Shown here: piece after piece, positions 47,273-60,400 of the stretch | Layout of the letters: the number at the start of each line of letters is the position of its first letter | Numbering within the stretch: position 1 is the first letter of the stretch | Assembly: GCA_010405405.1 (NCBI GenBank) | Contig: MU004233.1 | Span: 757,122-821,121, forward strand | From: Microthyrium microscopicum | Taxonomy: Eukaryota | Direction of reading: 5' to 3' | Length of the DNA: 64,000 nt | Notes under the pieces: generated by a model | Database searches by the model: none | The model's input: only the letters and a program-made list of their open reading frames with translations | What the model was told of the DNA's origin: nothing | Translations under genes and position numbers: made by a program

Positions 47273-49669
47273 ATGTCAGTACAGTAAGACCGTTTCTCCT
47301 GGGCAGATAAACTTACTACACACGAAATCAGACCCTCATCTCTTCCTTGCGTAAAGGCATGCTTTGCGAATCTGCCGGCGGAGATAATCTTGGAAATAGC
47401 GCCGCTACTAGATTCAGCAGACTTCACTGGGCTACGGATAGTTAACCAGCGTACTTCGGAAATATTGCCTGCCGATTTCATGAAGCGATTCATGTAAGTT
47501 ATCTTATCTTACGAGCTCGTGGCCTTGCTTCTATTAAAATTGGTAGCTAATCTTCAATAGGGGTACACGAATTGACGAGAACGGCAACCGAACACTGATA
47601 TTCGAACCAGGTCTAGCTGATGCGTCTCTTCGCAAATGGTAAGAAGTTTCTTAGTAGTGATTGAACCTCTGGCATCGAAATAACCCAGCCATGTGGGTGT
47701 CACTCTAACTAAAGCTCATACTAAGATAATACTCAGTTCGCAGGCTGGCGGTCGCCAAAAACCCCCTTTTCGCCAAACAAGTTCACCAAATGGACATTTA
47801 CATACCTGAGGATTATACCAATGGTGATATTGCATATCTTTGCTTGAAGTGTCATTGTGTAAGAAACACTAACATGGTACAGGACATCACTTCCCACAAA
47901 AAATTACCTGCAAACCGCCTTGCATCACTGTTTCCCCCGGATCATCACTCAACGGATTATGGATCCTTTCTGCCAAAGATCTTCGATCTCTTGCATAACC
48001 TTCAAGTGGTAAGTTAGGATTGACTTGATGTGACGTATACTCTCAATGCCTCCTGCTCTTGAGAGAATCGAGCAGTTGGGCAGAATGGTCTCACCGACTA
48101 TGGTGTTTGCCATAACACCTCTTGAAGAAATAGGCTGCTAATCTCCATCGTAATTCGATGGAAGGTGAGTTGCTCAACGTGATGGATCGGTGTTGAAGAC
48201 TTCTATCCACAAGAGGATTTTGACGCTCGAAAGCCATCTAATATGCCCGCCAATCACTGCAGAGTTCCATGCTAAAACTCGTAAATAATCATCCATCATG
48301 TCATGCGAGAGAGAAGCTCAAGAGCTGAAGTCGGACCTTGCACCTGGTCAAGCGGCATAGTCATCAATCCATATCAGCTAAACACCATCAAATCCGCCCT
48401 CAAATTCGTTGCGACCGAAAAGCTACAACTGTTCTTCGACAGCAACTCAACATTGATGATCACTTTTTCTCAACTAGTATTTAGACCAGCTATCACAACC
48501 AAGTGCCTCCCAAGCCTCAAAACACTCTCCATAAAGCTCGGCGACGGTAAGATTCTTCCATGCTCACTCATGTTTCTGGATGACATTCGAGCTATACCTA
48601 AACCCGTGGTGCTACCAGCACATTCGATGGCTCTCATAAACAGTGTTCCTAAACAAGTGCAATGGCTGCTACCGAATGCGCCGAAAAATCCACCGCTCCG
48701 AGCCTAAAAGACCAAATGATATCTCCCGGACCGTATCGCCTCTAATAAGCTAACACATTCCATATCCACGCCACAATCGCCTCCCTACTCCTCCACGCCA
48801 CACCATCCGAGGCCTACACTACCTCCAAAGCCTCCAGGACATCCACAACCTGCTCATTCGCAGCAATTTCCACCGCCGCGACTTCTTCGAGTTTGTGTTC
48901 AACAAATACCGTGATCTCACACCAGACGTTGTGCACAAATGGCGCTACCGACCCTTGATCTATTATGGGCACATATGGAATGCCATAATGCGCGACGTAG
49001 CTCTTCCATCCACCATAACGCGCCTAGACCTCCGTGAATGACACGGTATCAATGTTGTCCCACTGGTCATCGTTCTGACCCGTCATGCGCATCTAACGCG
49101 TGTTCATCTGTTATAGGTAAGACTACCCCTTAGGCAAATCGGATTTGTCGACGATATTCGAAGTTACTCCAAGAGTAGCGATGACTGCCGTATGGTGGCT
49201 TCCATAGAATATGTTGCTAATGGAGTGTTATGCTATCCACCAGATACGATAGCTTCCATATGTTCTCTGCTCTTTTTGAACAATGATATCTCTAATCGTA
49301 TTCGTGTACTGACGGACTCAACCCAACATCCCCTCCAGCCCAATGAAGAACACAGCCCGCTCAATCGCCAGCACACCCAGCACCGCCATACCTCCAAGAT
49401 GTTTCTATCCATATAGCCAAATCCCAGCCTGCTTAATGCGCGCCCTAACCGGCGCTTCGACGCCAGAATACACTTGCCAAAAAGTGACCTGCCGAGACAG
49501 AGATCTATTCGCAAGTCCATGCTACCGACGGCAAGAAAACTGCCAGACTATCCAGCTGTATGGAGCAATCTCTGATCCAGAGCAGTGGTCAGAGGATACA
49601 CTCCAGATGCTCATGGAGGAGAAGCGTGCCGATGAAGAGTCCGTGCGGTCTGGTTGTACGGTCTCCTAG
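47273..49669 (+). pseudogene. F-box paralog D, probable pseudogene
   Basis: F-box FANLPAEIILEIAPLLDSADFTGLRIVN; RTLIFEPGLADASLRKW; YLQSLQDIHNL; in-frame TGA 49039-41 and TAG 49114-16 inside a segment that aligns with coding sequence of paralog B; middle exons not fully resolvable. Confidence 0.62.
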
Positions 49670-50637
49670 GTCGCTAGCTGACAGCGTTTTTCGATGATGT
49701 TGTGATCGCAGAAATGGTTGGTAGAGACACGGACCAGCGGTGATGGCTAGTACATGATCAAGAAGGAGATATAGTAGCATAGTGTCTGGCATAAGTATAG
49801 ATTTCATTATGCTAAATAAATCCATGGACATCAAAACACATTGCAAATGGTATCAGAACAATATCACGATGGGCCAGAATACGAACGAAGACATTTTCGG
49901 ATATGGGCGGGATATGGGGCTGATGCTAGATCTGGTGATGTCAAAGTAAAATGGATGCAACAAGACTTTGCAAAGCAGTACAAGAAAGAAAAAAGGTTGA
50001 CCTTGGCTCTGCTTACCATAAGAATAATGCATAAAGTGCAATAGAGAGCGATCGGGAGTTCGGGGAGGATGGTGATGCCAAACGACGACGTGAAAGAATA
50101 GCTCGAGGAAGATGCAATTTCGGGGGTGAGGAAGGTCGGTGCAGATAGTGAAGAAGATGAGGATTTGAAAGCGATGTTGCATCGAAGGTGAAAGGCGGAT
50201 ACATCGAATCATCGGGGACACGGAGAGGACGCATCGGAGGGGAAGTGTTCGATAACTGATTAACTCGATTTTCGTACATATATCAGACTGATCCGCATCG
50301 AATCGTACATCGGTGGTAAAGTGTCGAATCGGTAGGTGAGTTGCATCCGACCGTTTCGGTGAAATAATCGACGTTCGATCGGTAATAAGGGAGACCGAAG
50401 TAATTCGCGACTGCTACTGTGATCAATTTTTGGCACCCATTCCCTGACTCGAACCAGATACACCTCCAAAACCATAAGACTCCCATGCCAACAGTAATAC
50501 CGGCGGTCAGTCGTACAATAGAAAACATGAAAAGCAAGGGCAGCTAGCCTAACCCGCCTCTCCAACTTGTTCTTAAACGCCGGTTTTGTTCTTTAAGATT
50601 AGCGCACGGTAAGTTCATATTTGACTTGATGAGGTTC

Positions 50638-51655
50638 CTATTCTGCAGTATCAAGTTCATCGTGGACTGGTGGAGTGGTGTCTGTTCACGAGTATTAGCG
50701 CCAGATGTTTTGGCCATACTGGTGCGACCAGTACTTACCCTTCATTGGACGGTCTTCTCCGTTTGCACCATTCTCGCGAGGCTCCTCACGTTCCCGAGAG
50801 TCCTTGGTATCGCGATCTCGTTCACGGTCCCGCTCACGTTCGCGATCATCAGGAGTGCGGCTACGAGAGCGGTCACGTCGGTCATAGTCGCGTTCACGAC
50901 GATCGTCCTTGCGAGGAGAATAATCCCCACGACGACGAGGTGGTGTAGCGCTTCGGCGGCGAGGCGAACGTTCGCGACGGCTACCACGGTCGCCACCGCG
51001 ATCACCACCTCGATCACCACCGCGATCACCACCGCGCTCACTGCGGCCTTCACGGTCACGGCCAGATTCGAATCGCCAGGAAGCAGACGGAGGGGTTCGG
51101 GCCCACTATGTAAGGTTAGAGTTGATCGGCCATTAAAAGTGGGAAAACATACTTCGATTTTGAGAGTTTCGTCGCGGTCTCGGCCGATGCGCTTGTTGTG
51201 CATCTCGTGATAAGCGTCGTCTGCATCGCGCCGACTCTCGTATTCCACAAAGGCAAAGCTACTGGTCGGTCAGGGGGGCTTGCTGTTAGTAAATAGCCAG
51301 TAGATACTCACAGTCGACTAGAAGCGGTTCGTGGAGCGGGAATGTCGCAGCGCACAAGGCGTCCATAGCTATAGAGAGGTTAGAACAAGACCCATGGGTA
51401 GCTAGAGTATATAGTGAAGGCGTGGATGGTTGAAGTGGCAGGGGGCATTTGCTTTTGGGGTTGAATCTCTCAGGAGTATATGAAAGGTCATGTATTGAGA
51501 ATATAGAGCGGAGGTTGAACGGGATGAGGTAAATGCGATGAGAAGGAAATGATGATTGGATTGACGTACCGTTCGAACTCGTAAGCTAGATCGCGGGCTC
51601 GTGTGCCATGGCCAAAGCCAGTGACGTAAAGAGTAGTGCCACCACCGCGAGACAT
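50638..51655 (-). CDS. srp1: SR-family pre-mRNA splicing factor (Srp1-like; RRM + RS/RD domain)
   Basis: 5 exons: MSRGGGTTLYVTGFGHGTRARDLAYEFER|YGRLVRCDIPAPRTASSRL|FAFVEYESRRDADDAYHEMH...KIE|WARTPPSASWRF...(GGDR)x4...RSRSRTP...|DTTPPVHDELDTAE*. Confidence 0.9.
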
Positions 51656-52315
51656 GATGGATGGTTAGCGGTTTCAGAGTAGGGAGAGTTCAAGAAATCG
51701 ATGGTCAAGAGGATGATGGATGGAGAGAGTTGTTGTAAGTTGAAGAGGTGTAGCAAGGAGGGAGGATGGATCGAGGATGAAGAAGCAAAAGAGCTCTCAG
51801 TCGTTTGCATCAAAGCAGATGCAGGAGAAGGTGACAGGTCTTGGCACGCTAGCCTTTTTAGTCAACTTTTACTGACACATCAGGTACCTCGTGACTGCCC
51901 AGCTGTAATTGGCTGTTGCCGTATTGAAAGGGAATAACAGGCAGGTGATGAGGTTGGTCAGCAAACGTGGCCAGTGCCTTCCACTCTTGCTGAGACAGTC
52001 AGCCAGCAACAGGCCAAGCATTAGCAAGACAGTTCTGCAACATCCATCCATCACATCCATCACTGATCCGCCATCGTTGTCTACTTCTCACTTTTTCCAA
52101 CACTCTTGCCACCGAACAACCATCTTCTTCCTCAACCTATCAAGGAGCCAAAACCTTCGACTGATATCCCATATTCTCCGTTAGCTCGTTACAAATCCAT
52201 CCTTCCTCCTGAAAACCAGCGCGCGACTACCACTCTCTGCGCCACCCAGCGCGTTCGCCAAAAGCGCATCGTTCTTCTTCATCCTTTTTCCGAATCTTTT
52301 TTCGACACTCACATC

Positions 52316-53835
52316 ATGTCCACTCATATACCGATAATAGCGGATAGCCAACTCGCCGAGGCCCTGAAAAATGTCGTTGGGTCCAAGGTTAAGGACATGG
52401 GCTGGAACGCCGATGACACCCTCACCGAATACATCATTCTTATGCTTCAGAGCGGAAAATTGGAATCAGACCTAGCGCACGAGCTTGCCGAAGACCTGCT
52501 TGATCTAGAAGCTGGGGACTCTTCAGCGGTCGACTTTTCAAAATGGCTGTTTGAGCAAATCAACATCCTCAACCAACAGATCAATGCTCCACCTCCATCT
52601 GCACCTACTGGCCCTGCAAATCAGGATCAGGATGTATCCATGGACCAAGATGGCGCATCCGCCCAAGGCTCTGACATGGGCGATGGCTCTAATGGTCAAA
52701 AACAAATGTAAGCTCTCGTGATAGATTTTTCTCTTCTTTCGTTCACTAACAACATTGTAGTCCAACAGGACCAAAAGCCATGCGTGGCGGCAGCGGTCGT
52801 GGAGCCAGTAGACACCTCAATCAGATCAATCGACAGATGGATCGCAATAATGATCCTCTAAAACGCATTCAAGGAACTGGCGCTGGTTCAGGACGCATAA
52901 ATTCCCACGCCGGTCGAGGGGGTGCTCGCGGAAACATGGCGCGCCAAATACAACGCAACTTTGAAGGACCCAAGGCACACGGGAACAATCAGAACCCTAT
53001 GATGAATACCCAATTTATGCCCACCATGCCCGTTGGCCCAAATCAACAAGCAACCTTCCTGCAAATGATGGAGGAGCATGCGCGCATGATGCAGATGGTA
53101 TCACAAGGCTTTATGAATCCCAGTTTTCAAGGCGGTGATGGCAATCACAACGGCCAATCCACATTTGCCAGCAATGGTCGCCGACCCAACAACAAATTCA
53201 GATCGCGCCAACATAAGAAACCATCGTCCAACGAAGACGGCGACACCGCTATGGCGGATGATGCCTCTGCCGCTGGCGCGGATGACAAGGACCCATCGCA
53301 AGTCATGTGCAAGTTTAACTTGTACTGCACCAAGCCCGATTGCCACTTTGCGCATCAATCACCCGCGGCTCCTCCCGGTGTATCCGTGGATACCACAATT
53401 GAATGTACCTACGGCGCCGCCTGCAAGAATTTCAAATGTATAGGACGCCATCCAAGTCCTGCCAAAAAGTTCGAGCACCAGGCCGCGCAAGAGTGCAGAT
53501 TTGGACCAAACTGTCAAAATCCCAAGTGCCAATTCAAGCACTCGGCAACAAAGAGCTGTCGCAACGGCGGCGACTGCACTGATGAAGGCTGCCCATTCTT
53601 CCACAGCCCAATCGAGTGCAAGTTCACACCATGCACAAACCCGAATTGCATATACAAGCATAAGGAAGGTCAAAAGACAAAAGCGCAGCACGTATGGAAA
53701 GCTGGTGGAGAGGGCGAACATGTGAGTGAGCGCAAGTTTGTTGCGGATGGAGCAGTGGAGGAGGAGGAACGGATCATTCCCGGGCAGGTGGTGGAGATGG
53801 CAGATGTGGCAACGACGCCAGTTGCTGCGACTTAG
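52316..53835 (+). CDS. NAB2: Nuclear polyadenylated RNA-binding protein Nab2-like
   Basis: PWI-like N-terminus (LTEYIILML...FSKWLF), PTGPKAMRGG after the intron (~52708-52760), five CCCH fingers, HQSPAAPPG, EHVSERKFV. Confidence 0.88.
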
Positions 53836-54356
53836 GCAGGCGCAGACATGGACAGTTGTCGTATTTCGATTTCGCCAGTTAGCGACTTGTGAAAATGAAA
53901 TGGGATGAGGATGGGAGAATTGTATTATAGGCAGTTTGATAATGTTAGCCCGAATTCCCATCGCCTGCTGAGGCTGACACAAGTTACAACGCTTTACTAT
54001 CTTCATCAATTGTGATCATTCTTCTAATTGCATTAATTAACTGCTTTAGTCTAATCTGCTGTTTTCCCCATGTGTGTGAGCCTTGTAAAAATAGAAAAAT
54101 ATCTGATATACACATTGGCTCGTGGTTATCAACCAAACTCGACTTCAGGGTTGCCTGCTCCAACTTTCTGAAGCTCGTAACCAACACCTTGACAACTCCA
54201 ACTAACCTCAGTGAATACTTTCTCGCCATACATCAAATCTCGCCACACCAAGAACACAACAGCAAAGCCTTCTATCATCCCATCCCCAAAGCCCATCAAA
54301 CCCACTGCCAACAAACCACCACCACGCCCCACCTTAGGGCGGCATATCCCCAAACC

Positions 54357-55820
54357 ATGGGCCAAGACGAAAGCAAACTCATCGACGACTCCACACCACC
54401 CCAATGGCTAGCCGCCCGCACCATCTCCGCCCTCGCCTCCTTCATCAGCGACGGCAAAGCCCAACGCATGGTCCTAATGACCGGCGCCGGCATATCCACC
54501 TCCGCCGGCATCCCCGACTTTCGCTCCCCAGAAACCGGCATCTACGCCAACCTCGCGCGCCTAAACCTGCCATACCCTGAAGCGTTGTTCGACATCAGCT
54601 ATTTCCGGACGAACCCCGAGCCATTCTACGCACTAGCCCACGAACTGTACCCGGGGCGGTATGAGCCGACGGTGACACATAACTTTATAGCGTTGCTATA
54701 CGAGAAGGGCTTGTTGCATATGCTGTATACGCAGAATATCGACTGTTTGGAGCGGGAGGCGGGTGTGCCGGATGAGGTTATTGTGGAGGCACATGGGAGT
54801 TTTAAGAGCCAGCGATGTATTGAGTGTGGCGTTGAGTTTCCGGAAGATATCATGCGGTTGGCGGTGGAGGAGAGTGAGGTGCCGCATTGCATGGAGTGTG
54901 CTGGGCTGATTAAGCCTGACATTACGTTCTTTGGGGAGGGATTGCCGGAACGGTTCTTTACGCATCGACGGTTTATTTCTGAGGCGGATTTGTGTATTGT
55001 TATGGGGACGAGTTTGTCGGTGGCGCCGTTTTCGACGCTGCCGACGCTTGTGCCTGATTCGGTGCCGCGGTTGTTGATTAATGCGGATCGTGTGGGTGAT
55101 CTTGGGTCGAGGCCGGATGATGTGCTGTTGCTTGGGGATTGCGATGAGGGGGTTAGACGGTTGGCTGGGGAGTTGGGTTGGTTGGAAGAGTTGGAGGCGC
55201 GGTGGGCGCTGACGTCTCCGAAACAGGCTGCTAAATGGGCGGAGACAAAAGGCAATTTAGATTCGTCTGAGGGAGCAGAGAAGAGCAACGACGAGAAGCT
55301 ACAGGATGAAGTTAATGAGCTTACAAAGGAGATTGATCAGGCACTGAAAGATGGCGAGACTCGACGGAAAACTCTCCAAAATGGACTCTTGAAGGATGTT
55401 GACGATCAGACACAGAACACTCCTCAAGCTGTAAATGGTGCAAACAGTCTAGTCGATCTAGTCCAACAGCTCAAAGACGAATTCTCAAAAATAGTCCTTG
55501 AGAATCCAATAAACGACAAGGTCAATGTTAGGAGCCATGAAGATGCTCAAGAATTCCTACCAGATGTATCCAACACAAGTACGACAAAGTCAGAGAACAA
55601 AGCGGATGAGACTAAGAATGTCGAATCTCCGGACGTTTTAGATAACAAACCCATCGAAACCAGCCTTGAACCTGGTGAGGAAACACTACCGGGTGTAGCA
55701 AAACTACCATCTACGACGGCGAGCAACGAGAACGAACAGCCAGCTTCTATATCAGGCGAGATCAAGAAGGCTGAACCTTCTATAGATCCATCAACTGCAA
55801 AAGACAAGGACGAACCATGA
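54357..55820 (+). CDS. NAD-dependent deacetylase, sirtuin class I (Hst2/SirT2-like)
   Basis: Start MGQDESK; GAGISTSAGIPDFRSP, YTQNIDCLE, EAHGSF, CxxC...CxxC, KPDITFFGE, MGTSLSVAPF; long acidic C-terminal tail. Confidence 0.92.
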   Translation: MGQDESKLIDDSTPPQWLAARTISALASFISDGKAQRMVLMTGAGISTSAGIPDFRSPETGIYANLARLNLPYPEALFDISYFRTNPEPFYALAHELYPGRYEPTVTHNFIALLYEKGLLHMLYTQNIDCLEREAGVPDEVIVEAHGSFKSQRCIECGVEFPEDIMRLAVEESEVPHCMECAGLIKPDITFFGEGLPERFFTHRRFISEADLCIVMGTSLSVAPFSTLPTLVPDSVPRLLINADRVGDLGSRPDDVLLLGDCDEGVRRLAGELGWLEELEARWALTSPKQAAKWAETKGNLDSSEGAEKSNDEKLQDEVNELTKEIDQALKDGETRRKTLQNGLLKDVDDQTQNTPQAVNGANSLVDLVQQLKDEFSKIVLENPINDKVNVRSHEDAQEFLPDVSNTSTTKSENKADETKNVESPDVLDNKPIETSLEPGEETLPGVAKLPSTTASNENEQPASISGEIKKAEPSIDPSTAKDKDEP

Positions 55821-55916
55821 AGAACACGAAATAGACATTTATTATAATTACCCACGATACCGTAACGCCCTGCATAGACAATCTATAATCCTCACGAGAT
55901 AAATGAACCCAACAGT

Positions 55917-57470
55917 CTACTTACACTTTCCTTCCTGCCACATCTTGACATTTTTCACAGTCATGCCGCGGTCATTGTTCTTTCCCCAGGTTGGATACCA
56001 CTTATCCTGAGCTATGATCTCATCAGTATAAAATGAACGGTTGGAGGCGATGTACTAACCGGCATAAAAATCTGCCACCGCAGAATCAGATCCGTCAACC
56101 CACGGCTTATTATTAACACCATCCCTATGATAATCAGTTACCGCTCAAAGACACGGCGTATTAGGCACAACTTACGTGAACCAGCCATTCCTACTGCCCA
56201 CCGCAACATTCAAAATCAAAAAGAACTTCTGATCAAACGGCGCATTCCTCGAATCCGTCTCCCTCCACGGATTCGTCAACACCGAATTATTCTCCAATCT
56301 TCTCTCAAACGCACCCCGACTCCACATATTCGCCGCCTTCCTAAAGTCCACATACAACACCTGCTGCAACGGACTATCCACATACGTAAACATATAATCC
56401 CGACTCCACTCAATCCCAAACGTATGAAACCCCTTGCTAAAATCCGTCCTCTTCACCGTCCTTGCATCCGTCGTCCGCCAAAACCCATCCGCTTTCGCCG
56501 AAGGGCCCCAATGTAATGTGCTAAGAAAGGTATCGCGTCCTTGGCCGCCGGGGGATGGTGCGTTGCCTTTGGACTCCATGATGTCGATTTCGCCGGAGCG
56601 TGGCCAGGGGCCGTAGAGGGAGGATTCGGGCATCATCCAGATGGCGGGCCAGAGCCAGTCGCCGGAGGGTAGCTTGGCGGTGACTTCGATGCGGCCGTAG
56701 GTGATGCCTTTTTTGCCTTTGGTGTTGAGGCGGGCGGAGCGGACGGGTGGGAGGGTGGTCTTGGTGGTGGCGTTGGAGCGCATGGAGCAGGCGCTGTTGT
56801 AGGCTGGGGAGGTGGTGGGTTCGGTGCAGGAGCCGTCGCCGCCGGCTGCTGTGATGTTGAGGACGAAGCTATATCTGTGTCAGCATGTGTAAAGTTGATG
56901 TGGAGGCTATGGGAACGTACTTGTCTAGGATTTGGTCGTGGGTGATGGCGGTGGTTTCTGTGGTTAGTGTTGGGTTTATGTGGAGGCCTTCACTGTCTGT
57001 AAAGGCGTTTTTGCTGTCTGTTGTTGCCCAGTCGAACTCTCCGGTTCCAAAGCCTGAGAGTTGGACTTCTTGGTTCCATATATCTTTGTCGATTGACGAG
57101 AAGGAATCGTCTAGTATTAAACAATAATCGTGCTTGGAGATCTTGATCGTGGCCCGCCAGTTGATTAACGCACTGAGACCCAAGGCCACTATGATGAACG
57201 CATATATTATCCAATTACTCCGTTTTAGCGCTCGTTTGGGGACAGAGTCGTCCACCCAAGGTCGTTCATATCTGCTGTCAAGTCAGAGACAGTGTTAAGT
57301 GATGGTTGGAAACATACATACTTTCCGTTCAGAAGGTAGCTTCTGAACTGATGCTTCTGCCGCCGCGGTGTCTGAATGCCACTGGCAATTCTCGAATCTG
57401 ATATGGAATCGTGGTCCGCAAATGGCGAGAACATATCGCTGGGGGAGTAACGGTCTGCCATTGTCGCCAT
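55917..57470 (-). CDS. GH16 beta-1,3-glucanase / glucan-binding protein with N-terminal TM anchor
   Basis: Multi-exon; TM WIIYAFIIVALGLSALI, EVQLSGFGTGEF, PPVRSARL, GDWLWPAIWMMP, SGEIDIMES (catalytic EIDIME), FHTFGIEW, PFDQKFFLILNVAVG, KMWQEGKCK*. Confidence 0.9.
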
Positions 57471-60400
57471 TGTAGTGGCATCTCTTTAGAAGAGATGTTA
57501 ACTACTCTCTCCGAGGCACTGTTTCCAAGGCAATTGCTGTCAACTGTTCTTGAAGAACCCTATCTGGTAATGATGTGACCAAGTTGTAGTTGAAAAGCTC
57601 TTCACTGGTCCGGACAGGCCGGTGCAACTCGAATTGTGATTATGCCATGCATAGGTTCAAACAATAGTGTTGACGCAGTGTTTAGCATGAGGAAATCCTG
57701 TTTGAGTTGTCTAGAACACTCGGACTTATCTGCCATTGCTATACCCTGGTGTCGATTCGCTGTTCGCGGTCAGCATAGTCCCATGGATCATTGAATAGTG
57801 CAAAGAATCCGTCTTTGTGGATAATTTACTAGGGAGTTGTACCAAACGGACGATTTAGTGCGATTCAAGCGCTTGCTACCGTACACAATTGCGACGTGGA
57901 TGGATAATACACCATGTTCTAAGTCTGATGCTGATGGTATGAAGTAAGATCGGAGGTTATTCGGCCAATTCAATAACTGTCAAAGCGTGCTTTGCCTGTG
58001 TAGTTCCAAAAAGCTACCTTGATGTAATTACACGGAAAGACGTGTTACCAATTGCAGGAAGAAAACGACATATGGAAATCAAAACTAGTACTAGAGCGAT
58101 CAGTCCTCCGTAGGCCATGCGATTGTTCCTGGAATATCCCCCACGCTTTCGGAAACTTGTAAGACGTTGTTTAGAGCCTGCTATAAATACTAGGTTCCTG
58201 CTTTATTGGTTATATTAAGACAAGGTTGGAGCCCCAGGCCATATGTCCATACTACTATAACAGGCATAGATCCCAGCCAAACGATCAATGGTCAGCCAGC
58301 TATTGGGGTCTGTACTGCGGCTAGTTCAAATGCAAGCTAATGACCGGTGTTACTCTTGTTCAAGTTTCACTGGCAGAGACCACGATCCAATCTTGAAAAT
58401 TGGCTCCGAAAGCATAAGAATTCCTGGAAACCACGCTACAAAACCGTACACGTTGGCTGTCATGCGAGAAACAAACTCTTTTACTCGTATAGCTATCTCG
58501 CATTTGATATCCATGTCGTCAATCTTGCTGTAAATCCAATCATCCAGTCATCATTCACTGGATGCTTTCCGCTCCACGGCTTCCGGTATCAGTGATCACA
58601 GTGCTTTGGCGTGCCCAAGAATATCGTATGAAGCTTCCCTACACTTCTATCTACACACCATTTGTGTATATCTTGAAATATAGGCGGCAGAGCGTGGATA
58701 GGCCCAGTTAAACTTTATGCTATTGCACCATACCATCATTCATTGTGAACACCAAACCCGGGATAAATCTCTTGACTTCTAGCGAAATAGTTTTTGACTT
58801 TTTACACCAGGTTTACCTATCTTTTCTCCACATTTCACAGCTCAGCGGCTCCTAATGCAGTAACCGGTTGGCCGTTGACAGAAGCTTGTTAAGATCTCTG
58901 AGCCACGTCGATCTTCAACGGCACCAGGGTGTTGAATAGGGAATGGCCTTGTATCATTCAAGGATTCCTAGCCGCTCGTTGAATGTGTTCGCCCAGTCTC
59001 AAACAGGCTTGCACGAGGCTCAAAGATCAAGAACAACCTCCAATGGACTATCATCTGTTTGCTTTGATGTCACTGTCTTGCTCTAACACGCCGATGTAGC
59101 AATCTTATATGTTCAAACGGTCTACTGTGGTAGGCGTTATAATATACCTTACATTCTTTGGTCCTTATGGATGGCGCATTGTAAGTGATTTCCCAGACAT
59201 AGTAACGTAACGGCAGCGTTGATATCTGACATCTACTGAAACTTCATGACCACAGAATATTGCCATGGGGACTTTCAGCAGACATCAGACTACAAAAGTC
59301 ATCTGTGGTAACAATGCGTAACATTATGCTAACGCTTTCAGGTTGAGGTCACTGCTGTTGTTCCACTATCCGTCACCTTGATTTCTCACGCCTTACTACC
59401 ATTCGTTCTAAATCCTCTATCATGGTTTTCAATTACTAGTAAAGCTCAGCGTGGCGTTTTGGGAGATTTCATCAATATTCTATTCTATCAGGCTGAAGGT
59501 TGGAGATTATGCCAAATATACACCTTTACAATAACATAATGTATACGCTAAATAATGGATTCATATTGAATACACTCGATCTTTCAATGATAAATGGCAG
59601 TAACACTTCTAGGAATTCCAAGACATGTCATTAGCTGCACGCACAGTTTGCCACACTGTTACCAATCAAGTAGACCTAAGACGTTGTCTTTGGAGGGCTA
59701 CCGCTCAGGAATCAATAGATTGATATACCATGAGCAGATCATTCTGGCAAATGTATATTTTTGGACCGCTTCGAATTGTTCTGTTGACTCGAGAAGGTTT
59801 GCTTAGGAAGATCACGGTCGTGTTCAAAGAGAGTCGTCAATCTGCTAAAATATCAACACAACTTTCATTATGGTATATTAAAGACTGGTAAACGATTTCG
59901 ATAAGCCGGGCGAAGCTCAAGAACTGCAAAAAGTTATGAACATGATCAAGCTTTCGGCTAGCGCAACATAGCTTCATAACGGGTTACATTGAAAGATGGG
60001 GGGCTCTTATCGCTAATTCCATGCGAACGCAATAGCGAGCTTTCGTCAACCGCTGTAATCCTCTTCCATTTGGATTCTTTCAAAGCATACCCTTACAAGT
60101 CTCAGTCACTTCTCCTTAGCCGCTAACATCTTTTCCCAGATTCCCTTTGGGGTATAGAGCATAGGCCATGTTCGGGGAAATTACCTCGTGTTGTGAAGAT
60201 CATGAATCCCGAGAATGGAAGTATTTGGTCATGAGCGTGAGAATCTCCCGTTGCTTCTCGTGCATTGATTAACACTGCCATACACACACTATTTGACGGC
60301 TTACTACTGACAATTAAATCAATATACCTGGCTTCTTGTCGGTTAACCAATGGGTCTGGCCGGAGTCAAAGTGGTACCACAGACACGTAGTAGCTCAGCG

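Noticed and set aside
50985..51035. 12-bp tandem repeat (CACCGCGATCAC-like)
   Set aside because: Simply encodes the GGDR repeats of the SR protein
54012..54356. 115-aa N-terminal extension of the sirtuin ORF
   Set aside because: Begins at GTG, overlaps the NAB2 3' region and promoter-like sequence; AAACCATGG at 54357 (MGQDES) is the typical start
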